64,000 nucleotides of DNA from Mobula hypostoma (Eukaryota), in the NCBI RefSeq assembly GCF_963921235.1, contig NC_086097.1, positions 27,902,001 through 27,966,000 on the forward strand. Direction: 5' to 3'. The notes beneath the pieces were generated by a model, which was not told where the DNA came from, made no database searches, and saw only the letters and a program-made list of their open reading frames with translations. Shown here piece by piece: positions 51,713 through 64,000 of this stretch. Each line of letters opens with the position of its first letter. The first letter of the stretch is position 1. Made by a program: the position numbers and the translations under genes.

Positions 51713-53688
51713 TTAAAAACATAGAAAAACTACAGCACAATACAGGCTCTTCGGCCCACAATGCTGTACGGAACATCTACAGTGGCATGCAAAAGTTTGC
51801 GCACCTCTGGTCAAAATTTCTGTTACTGTGAATAGCTAAGCAAGTAAAAGATGACCTGATTTCCAAAAGGCATAAAGTTAAAGTTGACACATTTCTTTAA
51901 TATTTTAAGCAAGATTACTTTTTTTATTTCCATCTTTTACAGTTTCAAAATAACAAAAAAGGAAAAGGGCCCAAGGCAAAGGTCTGGGCACCCTGCATGG
52001 TCAGTACTTACTTAACACCCCCTTTAGCAAGTATCACAGCTTGTAAACACTTTCTGTAGCCAGCTAAGAGTCTTTCGGTTCTTGTTTGGGGAATTTTCAC
52101 CCATTCTTCCTTGCAAAAGGCTTCTAGTTCTGTGAGATTCTTGGGCCGTATTGCATGCACTGCTCTTTTGAGGTCTATCCACAGATTTTCAATGCTGTTC
52201 AGGTCGGGGGACTGTGAGGGCCATGGCAAAACCTTCAGCTTGCGCCTCTTGAAGTATTCCATTGTGGATTTTGAGGTGCGTTTAGGATCATTATCCTGTT
52301 GTAGAAGCCATCCTTTTTTCATCTTCAGCTTTTTTTTTTAAACAGACGGTGTGATGTTTGCTTCCAGAATTTGCTGGTATTTAATTGAATTCATTCTTCC
52401 CTCTACTAGTGAAATGTTCCCCGTGCCACTGGCTGCAACACAAGCCCAAAGCATGATCGATCCACCCTCGTGCTTAACAGTTAGAGAGGTGTTCTCTTCA
52501 TGAAATTCTGCACCCTTTTTTCTCCAAACATACCTTTGCTCATTTGCAACCAAAAACGTTCTATTTTAACTTCATCAGTCCACAGGACTTGTTTCCCAAA
52601 TGCATCAGGCTTGTTTAGATGCTCCTTTGCAAACTTCTGATGCTGAATTTTGTGGTGAGGACGCAGGAAAGGATTTCTTCTGATGACTCTTCCATGAAGG
52701 TCATATTTGTGCGGGTGTTGCTGCACAGTAGAACAGTGCACCACCACTCCAGAGTCTGCTAAATCTTCCTGAAGGTCTTTTGCAGTCAAACCGGGTTTTG
52801 ATTTACCTTTCTAGCATTCCTACCAGCAATTCTCTTGGAAAGTTTTCTTGGTCTTCCAGACCTCAACTTGACCTCCATCTTTCCTGTTAACTGTCATTTC
52901 TTAATTACATTACGAATTGAGGAAACAGCTACCTGAAAACGCCTTGTTATCTTCTCAGAGCCTTCTCCTGCTTTGTGGGCATCATTTATTTTAATTTTCA
53001 GAGTGCTAGGCAGCTGCTTAGAGGAGCCCATGGCTGCTGATTGTTGGGACAAGGGTTGAGGAGTCAGGGTACTTGTAAAGCTTTGAAAGTTGCATCACCT
53101 GGCCTTTCCTAACGATGACTGCGAACAAGCCATAGCCCTAACAAGCTAATTAAGGTCTGAGGCCTTGGTAAAAATTATCTGACAGCTCAAATCTCTTGGG
53201 GTGCCCAAACTTTTGCATGGTGTTTCTTTCTTTTTTTTTCACTCTAAAATTGTACAAAACAAAAATAATATACTAATCTTGCTTAAAATGTTGTAAAGAA
53301 TGTTTCATCTTTAACTTTAGGACTTCTGGAGATCAGTTCATCTTCTACTCACTTAACTATTCACAGTAACAGAAATTTTGACCAGGGGTGCCCAAACTTT
53401 TGCATGCCACTATATTACTTTAGAAATTACCTAGGGTTACCCATAGCCCTCTATTTTTCTAAGCTATCCAGGAGTTCTTACAAGACCCTATCGTATCCAC
53501 CTCCACCCCCATCGCCAGCAGCCCATTCCACGCACTCACCACTCCCTGTGTAAAAAATTTACCCCTGACATCTCCTCTGTTCCTGCTTCCAAGCACCTTA
53601 AAACTGTGCCCTCTCGTGATAGTCATTTCAGCCCTGGGAAAAAGTCTCTGACTATCCACATGATCAATGCTTCTTGTAATATTGTAAA
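51713..53688 (-). mobile_element. CR1 3' fragment inserted in the Tc1-A right TIR and itself split by Tc1-B
   Basis: Tail at 51713-51779 continues at 53413-53688 (DSQRLFPRAEM...TRGHSFKV). Confidence 0.82.
51780..53412 (-). mobile_element. Tc1 element B, full length (1633 bp), IR/DR type; transposase pseudogene 53031-52008
   Basis: TA|CAGTGGCATGCAAAAGTTTG and CAAACTTTTGCATGCCACTA|TA; ATG at 53031 (MGSSKQL); VLWTDE, QQDNDPK, SPDLNSIENLW; stops and frameshifts. Confidence 0.93.
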
Positions 53689-54029
53689 ATGTAATATTGG
53701 CTAATTTTTCTCAATAAGTATAATTTTTTTTAGTTATTTTACTTACTTGGGTACTCTTAACTATTTAGGACTTGTGTCAAGACCTGATCACATTTTAATT
53801 CATAGCTGTGTTGAAATAGAGAAAATTCTACAGCATTCACAAACTTTCTTGCACCACTGTAAGCTGCCATCTTCAAGGATCTTTGGACTTGTACTCCAAG
53901 ATCCCTGGTTATCACAACTGTATCATTCATGGTATACAACCGAGCCTCATGAGTACTCCTAAATGCCCCTGGGAGCATGGGAGTATTTATTTTCCAATCC
54001 TGAAGGCTCTCAGTCTGAAACATCAACTC

Positions 54030-55845
54030 TAAGTAACAACAGAGATCTAGAAGATTATAAGGCTAGCAGGAAGGAGCTTAAGAAAGAAAGTAGGAGAGCC
54101 AGAAGGGGCCATGAGAAGGCCTTGGTGACAGGATTAAGGAAGACCCTAAGGAATTCTACAAGTATGTGAAGAGCAAGAAAATAAGATGTCAGAGAATAGG
54201 ACCTATCAAGTGTGACAGTGGGAAAGTATGTATGGAACCGGAAGAGATAGTGGAGGTACTTAATGAATAGTTTGCTTCATTATTCACTGCAGAAAAGGAT
54301 CTTGGCGATTGTAGGAATGACTTACAGTGGACTGAAAAGCTTGAGCATGCAGATATAAGAAAGAGGATGTGCTGAAGCTTTCGGAAAGCATCAAGCTGGA
54401 TAAGTCACCAGGACCAGAGAAGATGTACCCCAGGCTACTGTGGAGGTGAGGGAGGAGATTGCTGAGCCTCTGGCAATGACCTTTGCATCATCAATGGGGA
54501 TGGGAAAGGTTCTGGAGGATTGGGGATATTGTTCCATTATTCAAGAAAGGGAGTAAAGATAGCCCAGGAAATTATAGACCAGTGAGTCTTACTTCAGTGG
54601 TTAGTAAGTTGATGGGAGAAGATCCTGAGAGGTAGGATTTATGAACATTTGGAGAGGCATAATATGTTTAGGAATAGTCAGCATGGCTTTGTCAAAGGCA
54701 GGTCATGCCTTAGGTGCCTGATTGAATTTTTTGAGGATGTGACTAAACACATCGATGAAGGTAGAGCAGTAGATGTAGTGTATATGGGTTTCAGCAAGGC
54801 ATTTGACAAGGTACCCCATGCAAGGCATATTGGAAAGTAAGGAGACATGGGATGAAAGGGGACATTGCTTTGTGGATCCAGAGCTGGCTTGCCCAGAGAA
54901 GGCAAAGAGTGGTTGTAGCCAGGTCATATTCTGCATGGAGGTTAGCGTCCAATGGTGTGCCTCAGGGATCTATTCTGGACTCCTTCTCTTCTTGATTTTT
55001 ATAAATGACCTGGATGAGGAAGTGGAGGGATGCGTCAGTAAATTTGCCGATGACAAAGGCTGGGGGTGTTGTGGATAGTGTAGAGGGCTGTCGGAAGTGG
55101 CAGATGGTGTTCAACCCAGGTAAGTGTGAGGTGGTTTATTTTGGTAAGTCAAATATAATGGCAGAATATAGTATTAATGGTGAGACTCTTGGCAGTGTGG
55201 AGGATCAGAGAGATCTTGAGGTCCGAGTCCATAGGCCACTCAAAGCTGCCATGCAGGTTGACTCTGTGGTTAAGAAAGCATATGGTGCATTGGCCTTCAT
55301 CAATTGTGGGGTTGAGTCTAGGAGCTGAGAGGTAATGTTGCAGCTATATAGGACTCTGGTCAGACCCCACTTGGAGTACTGTGCTCATTTCTGGTCGCCT
55401 CACTACAGGAAGGATGTGGAAACCATAGAAAGGGTGCAGAGGAGACTTACAAGGATGTTACTTGGATTGGGGATTATCCCTTCTGAGAATAGGTTGAGTG
55501 AACTCAGCCTTTTTTCCTTGGAGTGATGGAGGATAAGAGATGACCTGATAGAGGTGTATAAGATGATGAGAGGCATTGATCGTGTGGATAGTCAGAGGCG
55601 TTTTCCCAGGGCTGAAATGGCTAGCACAAGAGGGCACAGTTTTAAGGTGCTTGGAAGTAGGTACAGAGGAGATGCCAGGGGTAAGTTTTTTTTTACGTAG
55701 AGAGTGGTGAATGCGTGCTACATGAAGCTTAGAAAAATAGAGGGCTATGGGTAACCCTAGGTAATTTCAAAGGTAAGGACATGTTTGGCACAGCTTTGTG
55801 GACCGAAAGGCCTGTATCGTGCTGTAGGTTTTCTATGTTTCTATT
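54030..55845 (+). mobile_element. 5'-truncated CR1, same subfamily as 6780-10285
   Basis: YKASRKELKKE, QHGFVKGRSCL, RPHLEYCAHFWSP; (TTTCTATG) tail. Confidence 0.92.
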
Positions 55846-55947
55846 CCTCTCCATGTATGTTTCCTAACCAGCTGAGTTCCTTCAGCATTTTGCGTGTATT
55901 ACTCTATCAAAATTGTGTAGTTTTCTTAAAAAGCACCTATTAGTAAG

Positions 55948-57052
55948 ATGCAACATACATCAAAGTTGCTGGTAAACGCAGCAGGCCAAGCAGCATCTAT
56001 AGGAAGAGGCGCAGTCGACGTTTCAGGCCGAGACCCTTCGTCAGGACTAACTGAAGGAAGAATGAGTAAAGGATTTGAAAGCTGGAGGGGGAGGGGGAGA
56101 TGCAAAATGATAGGAGAAGACAGGAGGGGGAGGGATAGAGGAGAAGACAGGAGGGGGAGGGATAGAGCCGAGAGCTGGACAGGTGATAGGCAAAAGGGGA
56201 TACGAGAGGATCACGGGACAGGAGGTCCGGGAAGAAAGACGGGGGGGGGGGTGACCCAGAGGATGGGCAAGAGGTATATTCAGAGGGACAGAGGGAGAAA
56301 AAGGAGAGTGAGAGAAAGAATGTGTGCATAAAAATGAGTAACAGCTGGGGTACGAGGGAGAGGTGGGGCCTAGCGGAAGTTAGAGAAGTCAATGTTCATG
56401 CCATCAGGTTGGAGGCTACCCAGACGGAATATAAGGTGTTGTTCCTCCAACCTGAGTGTGGCTTCATCTTTACAGTAGAGGAGGCCATAGATAGACATGT
56501 CAGAATGGGAATGGGATGTGGAATTAAAATGTGTGGCCACTGGGAGATCCTGCTTTCTCTGGCGGACAGAGCGTAGATGTTCAGCAAAGCGGTCTCCCAG
56601 ACTGCGTCGGGTCTCACCAATATATAAAAGGCCACATCGGGAGCACCGGACGCAGTATATCACCCCAGTCGACTCACAGGTGAAGTGATGCCTCACCTGG
56701 AAGGACTGTTTGGGGCCCTGAATGGTGGTAAGGGAGGAAGTGTAAGGGCATGTGTAGCACTTGTTCCGCTTACACGGATAAGTGCCAGGAGGGAGATCAG
56801 TGGGGAGGGATGGGGGGGGACGAATGGATAAGGGAGTTGTGTAGGGAGCGATCCCTGCGGAATGCAGAGGGGGGGGGGGAGGGAAAGATGTGCTTAGTGG
56901 TGGGATCCCGTTGGAGGTGGCGGAAGTTACGGAGAATAATATGTTGGACCCGGAGGCTGGTGGGGTGGTAGGTGAGGACCAGGGGAACCTTATTCCTAGT
57001 GGGGTGGTGGGAGGATGGAGTGAGAGCAGATGTACGTGAAATGGAGGAGATG
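55948..57052 (-). mobile_element. Penelope-like element 3' part: RT C-terminal region, open GIY-YIG domain, terminus
   Basis: VPLVLTYHP; FTCESTGVIYCVRCSRCGLLYIGETRRSLGDRFAEH. Confidence 0.92.
56013..56048 (-). ncRNA. Minimal type-I hammerhead ribozyme motif (intact core)
   Basis: AGUC-CUGACGA-AGGGUCUCGGCCU-GAAAC-GUC-GACU. Confidence 0.8.
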
Positions 57053-57312
57053 AAATGGATTAGTAAGATTATGGTTTGAAGCATGCACAGCAAACAGAAA
57101 AACCATCATCTAACTGCAGACCAGAAAAAAAATATTCATTACCGTGTAAACACCAGTGCAGTTTGCATACAAGATGGCATATGCACGTCTATAATATAAA
57201 AAGAAAATGCTGGGGTAGAAACTCAACAGATCAGGCAGTATTTATGGAAAGGAAAAAGAGGGGAGAACCCATCATCAGAACTAGAACATTAATCCAAGAT
57301 GTTAACTGATTA

Positions 57313-58863
57313 ATGGATAAGTCCCCGGGGCCTGATGGAATATTTCCCACGCTGCTCCACGAGGCGAGGGAAGAGATTGCTGAGCCTCTGGCTAGGATCT
57401 TTATGTCCTCGTTGTCCATGGGAATGGTACCGGAGGACTGGAGAGAGGTAGATGTTGTCCTCTTGTTCAAAAAAGGTAGTAGGGATAGTCCGTGTAATTA
57501 TAGACCACTGAGCCTTATGTCTGTGGTGGGAAAGCTGTTCGAAAAGAATCTTAGAGATAGGATCTCTGGGCATTTAGAGAATCATGGTCTGATCAGGGAC
57601 AGTCAGCATGGCTTTGTGAAGGGCAGATCATGTCTAACAAGCCTGATAGAGTTCTTTGAGGAGGTGACCAGGCATATAGATGAGGGTAGCGCAGTGGATG
57701 TGATCTACATGGATTTTAGTAAGGAATTTGACAAGTTTCCACACGGTAGGCTTATTCAGAAAGTCAGAAGGCATGGGATCCAGGGAAATTTGGCCAGGTG
57801 AATTCAGAATTGGCTTGCCCGCAGAAGGCAGAGGGTCGTGGTGGAGGGAGTACATTCAGATTGGAGGGTTGTGACTAGTGGTGTCCCACAAGGATCGGTT
57901 CTGGGACCTCTACTTTTCATGATTTTTATTAACGACCTGGACTTGGGGGTAGAAGGGTGGGTTGGCAAGTTTGCAGACGACACAAAGGTTGGTGGTGTTG
58001 TAGATAGTGTAGAGGATTGTCGAAGATTGCAGAGAGACATTGATAGGATGCAGAAGTGGGCTGAGAAGTGGCAGATAGAGTTCAACCCGGAGAAGTGTGA
58101 GGTGGTACACTTTGGAAGGACAAACTCCAAGGCAGAGTACAAAGTAAATGGCAGGATACTTGGTAGTGTGGAGGAGCAGAAGGATCTGGGGGTATATGTC
58201 CACAGATCCCTGAAAGTTGCCTCACAGGTAGATAGGGTAGTTAAGAAAGCTTATAGGGTGTTAGCTTTCATAAGTCGAGGGACAGAGTTTAAGAGTCGTG
58301 AGGTAATGATGCAGCTCTATAAAACTCTGGTTAGGCCACACTTGGATTACTGTGTCCAGTTCTGGTCACCTCACTATAGGAAGGATGTGGAAGCATTGGA
58401 AAGGGTACAGAGGAGATTTACCAGGATGCTGCCTGGTTTAGAGAGTATGCATTATGATCAGAGATTAAGGGAGCTAGGGCTTTACTCTTTGGAAAGAAGG
58501 AGGATGAGAGGAGACATGATAGAGGTGTACAAGATAATAAGAGGAATAGATAGAGTGGATAGCCAGTGCCTCTTCCCCAGGGCACCACTGCTCAATACAA
58601 GAGGACATGGCTTTAAGGTAAGGGGTGGGAAGTTCAAGGGGGATATAACAGTAAGTTTTTTCACTCAGAGAGTGGTTGGTGCATGGAATGCACTGCCTGA
58701 GTCAGTGGTGGAGAAAGATACACTAGTGAAATTTAAGAAACTACTGGACACGTATATGGAGGAATTTAAGGTGGGGGGTTATATGGGAGGCAGGGTTTGA
58801 GGGTCGGCACAACATTGTGGGCCAACGGGCCTGTACTGTGCTGTACTATTCTATGTTCTATGA
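57313..58863 (+). mobile_element. Well-preserved 5'-truncated CR1 (RT frame with a single stop at 57799-57801)
   Basis: ORFs 57313-57801 and 57838-58800 are in one frame; KFADDTK; (TTCTATG)n tail. Confidence 0.95.
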
Positions 58864-58940
58864 TTCTCTTTTCACAGATGTCTCATCTGCTGAGTGTTTT
58901 CAGCATTTCCTGTTTGTCTTTTAAATAACTAGAATCTCTC

Positions 58941-59102
58941 GAGTAAACTCTTCTCTGACTTTTAGCTGGGTACAGTTATCAATTATAACCAACGTTTCGA
59001 TGACAAACTCTGCCATCTTCAGGGATGATGGCACAGTTTGTCATTGAAACTTTGGTTATAATCGATACCTATACCTGGCTGGAAGCCCAAGAAAGTTTAT
59101 TC
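58941..59102. repeat. About 77-bp inverted repeat with 9-bp spacer, containing a hammerhead-like motif
   Basis: 58941-59017 pairs with 59027-59102; minus strand reads CUGAA-GAUGGCAGAGUUUGUCAUC-GAAACGUU. Confidence 0.75.
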
Positions 59103-59798
59103 CTCATATATTCGGGATCGCACTAGATCTTTCTTTTACATAAAGAAAACAGAATCTCAGTTTTCTGATTTTCATGTGCATATATGTGCCTCCTAATATC
59201 TGCTAATGTCATCTCTAATGTCTGCTTCTGACAACTTCAACTATTTTTTTTAAAAAGAGAAGAGTGTAAAGGGAAAGACAAATCAAGAGGCTATATTTCC
59301 ATTAAAGTCTCAGAAAGTAGTGTGTCATCAAATGGAAACCATGCAGATATTCAAAAAGGGTCATAACATTATTTCTAGCAACTGAAATATCTTCTGAATA
59401 AACACTTCCAAACAGCAGGAAATAATCAGCACACAACATCAACTAGTATGATAATCAAAAATTGCCTCTTTTTAAATATTTCTAATATTTAATATACTAT
59501 AAAATTTTAAAGAGGTGTTGAATGTTGATATGCTGTGAAAATTTATGGAACGAGGTATGGTTCATCAATCAACTTTTATACCAAGCTGAGATAGAAACTT
59601 GCCTTGGTTTGGTTTGGCATTGGCTCCCTGATAATCACCCTTTCTAATATTTATGACTCTACCACAATAGCATTTAGTGCTTGTGACCAAGCGCTATTTT
59701 CCAGTTAGCTCAGTTAAAGCCAGCAGCCATGTTGCTGACTGTTCCCATACCTGTTGGCAAAATAAATTAAGAGATGTCGATTAATCTGTGCTTTACAG

Positions 59799-60028
59799 CA
59801 GTGGTCCCCAACCACCAGGCCGCAAAGCATGTGCTACCAGGCCATGAGGAAATGACATGATTTGGCGATATGAAACGATATGAGTCAGCTGCACCTTTCC
59901 TCATTCCATCGTGCACTGTTGAAATTGAACACCTCCTCTCCCCACCCCACCCCGCCAAGTCAGTCGGTCCGCAAGAATATTGTCAATATTAAACCAGTCC
60001 GCCATGCAAAAATGGTTGGGGATCCCTG
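59799..60028. mobile_element. hAT/Charlie-type MITE (230 bp)
   Basis: 8-bp TSD CTTTACAG (59791-59798, 60029-60036); TIR CAGTGGTCCCCAACC / GGTTGGGGATCCCTG. Confidence 0.92.
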
Positions 60029-60702
60029 CTTTACAGAACAGTCCTTTATTTATTAAGAGATTTTATAGGTATTTAGAGGTTAAAATCAATGGGAAAAACA
60101 ATTCAAGCAATTACATATTTTGATGGGCTGAACAATAAAATGTTTCGAAGTTTATCTGGAAGCTCATATACAGAAGAGATTCTGTAGATGCTGGAAATCT
60201 GGTGGAATGCTGGTGGAACACAGCCACTCAGGGACCATTTATGGAAGGAAATAAACAGTCTACATTTCATGATAAATATCGACTGTTTATTATAAATGTC
60301 AGATTATTTATAACATTTACACACACACTTTCTAATCTATAGTTGTGTGTGTATGTGGACAGTGTTACCAAAAACAGATTTAAGGTGAATTGTACATTGA
60401 GAATTTATCACAATGCAAGTTTATTTTTCACTGCTCATTGTTAATTTCATTTATCCTTTGGGGATGTTAAGCCCAAAGAATAGAAACTAGTATTAATAAC
60501 CTGGAAGCCAAAGGGAGCTCTACAGGACTCTGTCATGATTTTTTCCTGAGCTACTCCCATTTGCTGCATTTAGCATACATTCTTCTAAATCCTTCCTTTC
60601 CATGAAGTCCCAAATGTGCTTTAAAGTTGTACTTTTACATATGACAATAACCTCAACTCTAATTGGCATCAGTAATTTACCAAGTTTCAGCACATATAGT
60701 AT

Positions 60703-60910
60703 ACAAGTTCCTCTTCATGCCCTGTGGTGCATCGGAGGTGCGGGCAATCTTGTCACTTCTTTAGCATTTTGTCTGTTTTTTCCTACGAGGCCAACTTACT
60801 AGCTTGATACTCAATCCAGCACGGATGGAAAGTGTGCAAGGAGTTGGCTGGATTCAAACTCAGGGCCTCTCGCTTCAACATCCAGTGCTAATGCCACTAC
60901 ACCATCGGTC
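60703..60910 (-). mobile_element. tRNA-headed SINE
   Basis: Minus head has an A-box-like TGGTGTAGTGG and a B-box-like GTTTGAATCC, followed by an unrelated body and tail. Confidence 0.65.
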
Positions 60911-63900
60911 TGCTATAGCATATAAAGTTAAACAAAAATACATAAAAAGATAAATTAGAATACAAGATGTACTCGTGTCAGACCAAAAGAGTAGGAATTC
61001 AGTGAAATGGGCCCTCAACAATGCTCTAGATCATCTCCTCAGCTCCACCTAGTTCCCTGTTCCCCAAAACCTTTGAATCCCATTTAAACTAAAAGACTAG
61101 CTATCTAAAGGCAAAACGCAAGGCACTGCAGGTGCCAGAAACTGAAATAGCTTTAGTTCATGGTAGACATCGACAACCACTTGCTTTTGGTACTGCTTGA
61201 GTTGCAGCTGTATCATCCCATATGGTTTCTCCAGTTTTCTCTTCAGAAAAAAATACTCCCTCAAATCTACAAGATATACAGTACCGTAATCCAAAATTCA
61301 AAAATGCCCGATTCTATTTTGCCTTCTCTAAAATTAACACTAGTGCTGCAGTGCTAATAGTTAACTATGTGATTGGTATGTAAAGGCAATTCTGGTTAGC
61401 TAGCAAAGAATAATATGCTGTTGCCCAGATATTTACCTCTGCTTGCAATGGTTAACATGTGTGAAGGGTCACGTATCATGACGTTGCCACTTTCAGCAGG
61501 GCAGATACTAAAAGGTCCCAATTTTTTGCTAATACAAATGTTTGTTAATAGCAACATCAACAAACTGTTTCTCTCCACACAGAGGGCAGAATGGTCCTGT
61601 AGCAGTTAGCACGTCACCTTACAGCACCAGTGATCACCAAATTAGGTTCAACTCACACCGCTGTAGATTTGTACATTCTCCCTGTGACCATGTGGTTTCC
61701 TCTAGGTGCTCTGTGTCCTCTTACGTTCTAAAGATGTATGGGTTAAGGTTAAGAGGTTGTGGGCATGCTATGCTGGTGCAGGAAGCATGGTGACACTTGC
61801 AGGCTGCCCCCAGCACATTTTCAGACTGTGTTGGTCATTGACACAAAATGACATACTTCACTGTATGTTTCAATATACCTGTACATGTGACAAATAAAAA
61901 TAAAAAAATGCTGCTCGACCCATGGAGAACCCACAGCAGATTGTTTATTGCTCAATTCTAGCATTTTCAATCTCTTACTGCTCAATATTCAACAGTATTT
62001 TTGCAACAAGTCTTTACAGTGCATTAGGTGTCCACATTGAAATTTACTGGTGCCCCAGATTTTCTGGAGATAAGGAAACTAGCCTAGAGTCAGAATACTG
62101 ACAATAATGACTAATTTACCACTCTCTCAGGAAAAGAAGATAGAGGGCTTTAAGCTTCTGGCTCCTACAGAAGTTCAGACTTTGCAAACTCTCTAAACTA
62201 CCAACTCCCCCCACTCACAATCTTCTAATTAAGCCTGACTGATCAAGGAAGAACTACAACATTGCCCAACCCTAACCCTCCCAACAATTGTTCTTTCTCC
62301 ACAGCCCTCTCATATAAGAACTTATAGTACCCCCACTTTCTTAATGAGCATCCCCACAATCCCAATCCACTTGATCATGCTAGGTCATCCATCTCACAAA
62401 GCCTGAGGCAAAGCTATAATGTATAAACAAAATTCTCAAAAGCACCAAGTGTTAAAAATAAAGAACGTTTTTATTCCCATGAGAATTTTTCTTAAGAAAT
62501 TTATCCCACATTTCAGTAGTACACTATTAATCACATGCATTACATGTATAGCTTATTACAACTTTGTATGGGAGAGTATCTGTCAATCATACAAACACAT
62601 TGGATTCAACACTACACAAATAAAAAGACTGCATGTACAAACTAATAATTTGACTATACTAATCCACTGAAAAGCACTTTTATTTTGAAGCAGAATATAG
62701 TGATAGTTCTAAATATTAAATTACTACATTATTGTATGCCTAATTCAATATTAACTAATAGTTCTTCTAATTAAAATATAGCTTACAGTTGTATCTAAAC
62801 TAGTTCATCACTCCTTGTAAAATATTAAAATGCACTTGTCGAATTTGATATTTAACAGTACAGTAACCAGATGCTCTTGTATATATACAATTTACATGTG
62901 GTAACAGTATTTACATAAACATGGACTGTCACTGGAAAAATAAATCTCACACCAGTTAATTTTATTTCTTCATGCACTCATGGCATGTGGGACATTATGG
63001 CAGAGCCAGGATTTATTCTTCAGTTCCAACTACCCTGGGAGTGAGTGCCTAACTGGGCCGTATCTAAAGGTCTGGAGATGCACATAGGTCAAACTAGGTA
63101 GGATGAAAACACACATGAAATACTGCAGCTCAGGTAGTATCAATGGAGAGGAGGTGCATTTTAGGCTTAGGCCCTTCATCAGGACTGAAAAAGAAGAGGG
63201 AAGAAGCCAGAATAAGTAGGTGGGGGAGAGGGGAAGGAGTTCAATCTAGGTGATAGGATGGAAAATTATCATTCCAAATGACAACAAAGAACAAGATGGG
63301 TTTCTCTACAACAATCCAGTCTTTAAAATGTCATCTTTGGTAACTTTTTCAGCATAAAGAACCTAACTCACCACCTGATGTGATAGAATTTTAGTGTTAC
63401 GCCTGTAGATTATTCCAGGGTTCAGGAATGCTCATTTATAACAAAGCATTACCATGTCTAACGCCATAGTCACCAAGCTGTCAGAGACTATATACAATTT
63501 CGTGGAGTTATGGAACACTGCTGCACAAACAGGCCTTTCAGACCATTTAGTACTGTTATTCTGCCTAGAGAGCATTGCCCCCTTTACCCCTGCTCTCCAT
63601 GTACTCATCCAAACTTCTCTTAAATGTTGAGATAGAACCCATATTCACTAATTATACATTCCACACCCACACCACCCTAACCTTAGCGTCTAGTTCTACC
63701 AGTCCTGCCAGACTGCAAGCACCATGCAGAATCATGAGTTCATACAACTCCTTCTCAATGTTCCTGCTGCTTGGCAGATTACTATTAGTCTTGAAACAGA
63801 AGCGATTTGAAAGAAGATTGATTCAGGTCGATTTTCTCGCTCTCCCACCACCTTGCTACCATATGCCCCAATGAAAAGCAGCGACTAATGTGGAATGGCT

Positions 63901-64000
63901 ATGGTCTTGACAGGACAGCCATTGCTTATGACCTCTTATCACTTAAGAGATCTTGCATCTGCAGCACCTCCAGCCAAACATATCCCTCATTTGCAGCACT

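Larger units (their letters stand above)
43470..53859 (+). mobile_element. Tc1 element A, fragmented by nested insertions; transposase at about 43905-43975 plus 50749-51679
   Basis: Frame continues across the Gypsy (EAGKGY|KSISKIL); MQQDND and SQSLNLNQIE catalytic regions; right TIR ends caccactg|TA at 53859; outer left TIR not found. Confidence 0.82.

Noticed and set aside
59550..59590. Possible upstream RPS6KA5 exon start (ag|CTTGGTATA = LGI)
   Set aside because: Continues KVD then stop, not IYRDIKLEN
60845..60910. Possible tRNA gene
   Set aside because: A/B boxes present but no convincing cloverleaf; continues into a SINE body

Overview
Vertebrate genomic DNA, most likely a cartilaginous fish (ray or shark; inferred from the CR1, Penelope and V-SINE-like repeat mix). 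The only host-gene signal I can support is one 84-bp minus-strand coding exon at 5163-5246 (NERAYSFCGTIEYMAPEIVQGGDAGHDK). It matches the activation loop of the N-terminal kinase domain of MSK1/RPS6KA5 and is missing from the ORF track. The rest appears intronic: at least 58.7 kb of the upstream intron and 5.1 kb of the downstream one. It is densely filled with nested transposable elements: many CR1 LINEs (two near full length with esterase-type ORF1), Rex1/Babar-like and RTE LINEs, Penelope-like elements (PLEs), a complete but decayed Gypsy with PNMA-like gag, four solo LTRs with target-site duplications (TSDs), two Tc1 elements, two Tigger/pogo derivatives, several MITEs and tRNA-derived SINEs. 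The most notable signal is a set of minimal type-I hammerhead ribozyme motifs in PLE termini. Two of them occur as stand-alone 103-138 bp TSD-flanked insertions, and several lie in the sense of the host pre-mRNA. Other oddities are an unclassified 6-bp-TSD MITE, a 1.16-kb fold-back element, a mariner-type MITE with IR/DR arms, a bipartite RTE derivative and a multi-level nested TE stack. All calls were made by eye; no database searches were run, and boundaries of old repeats are approximate.
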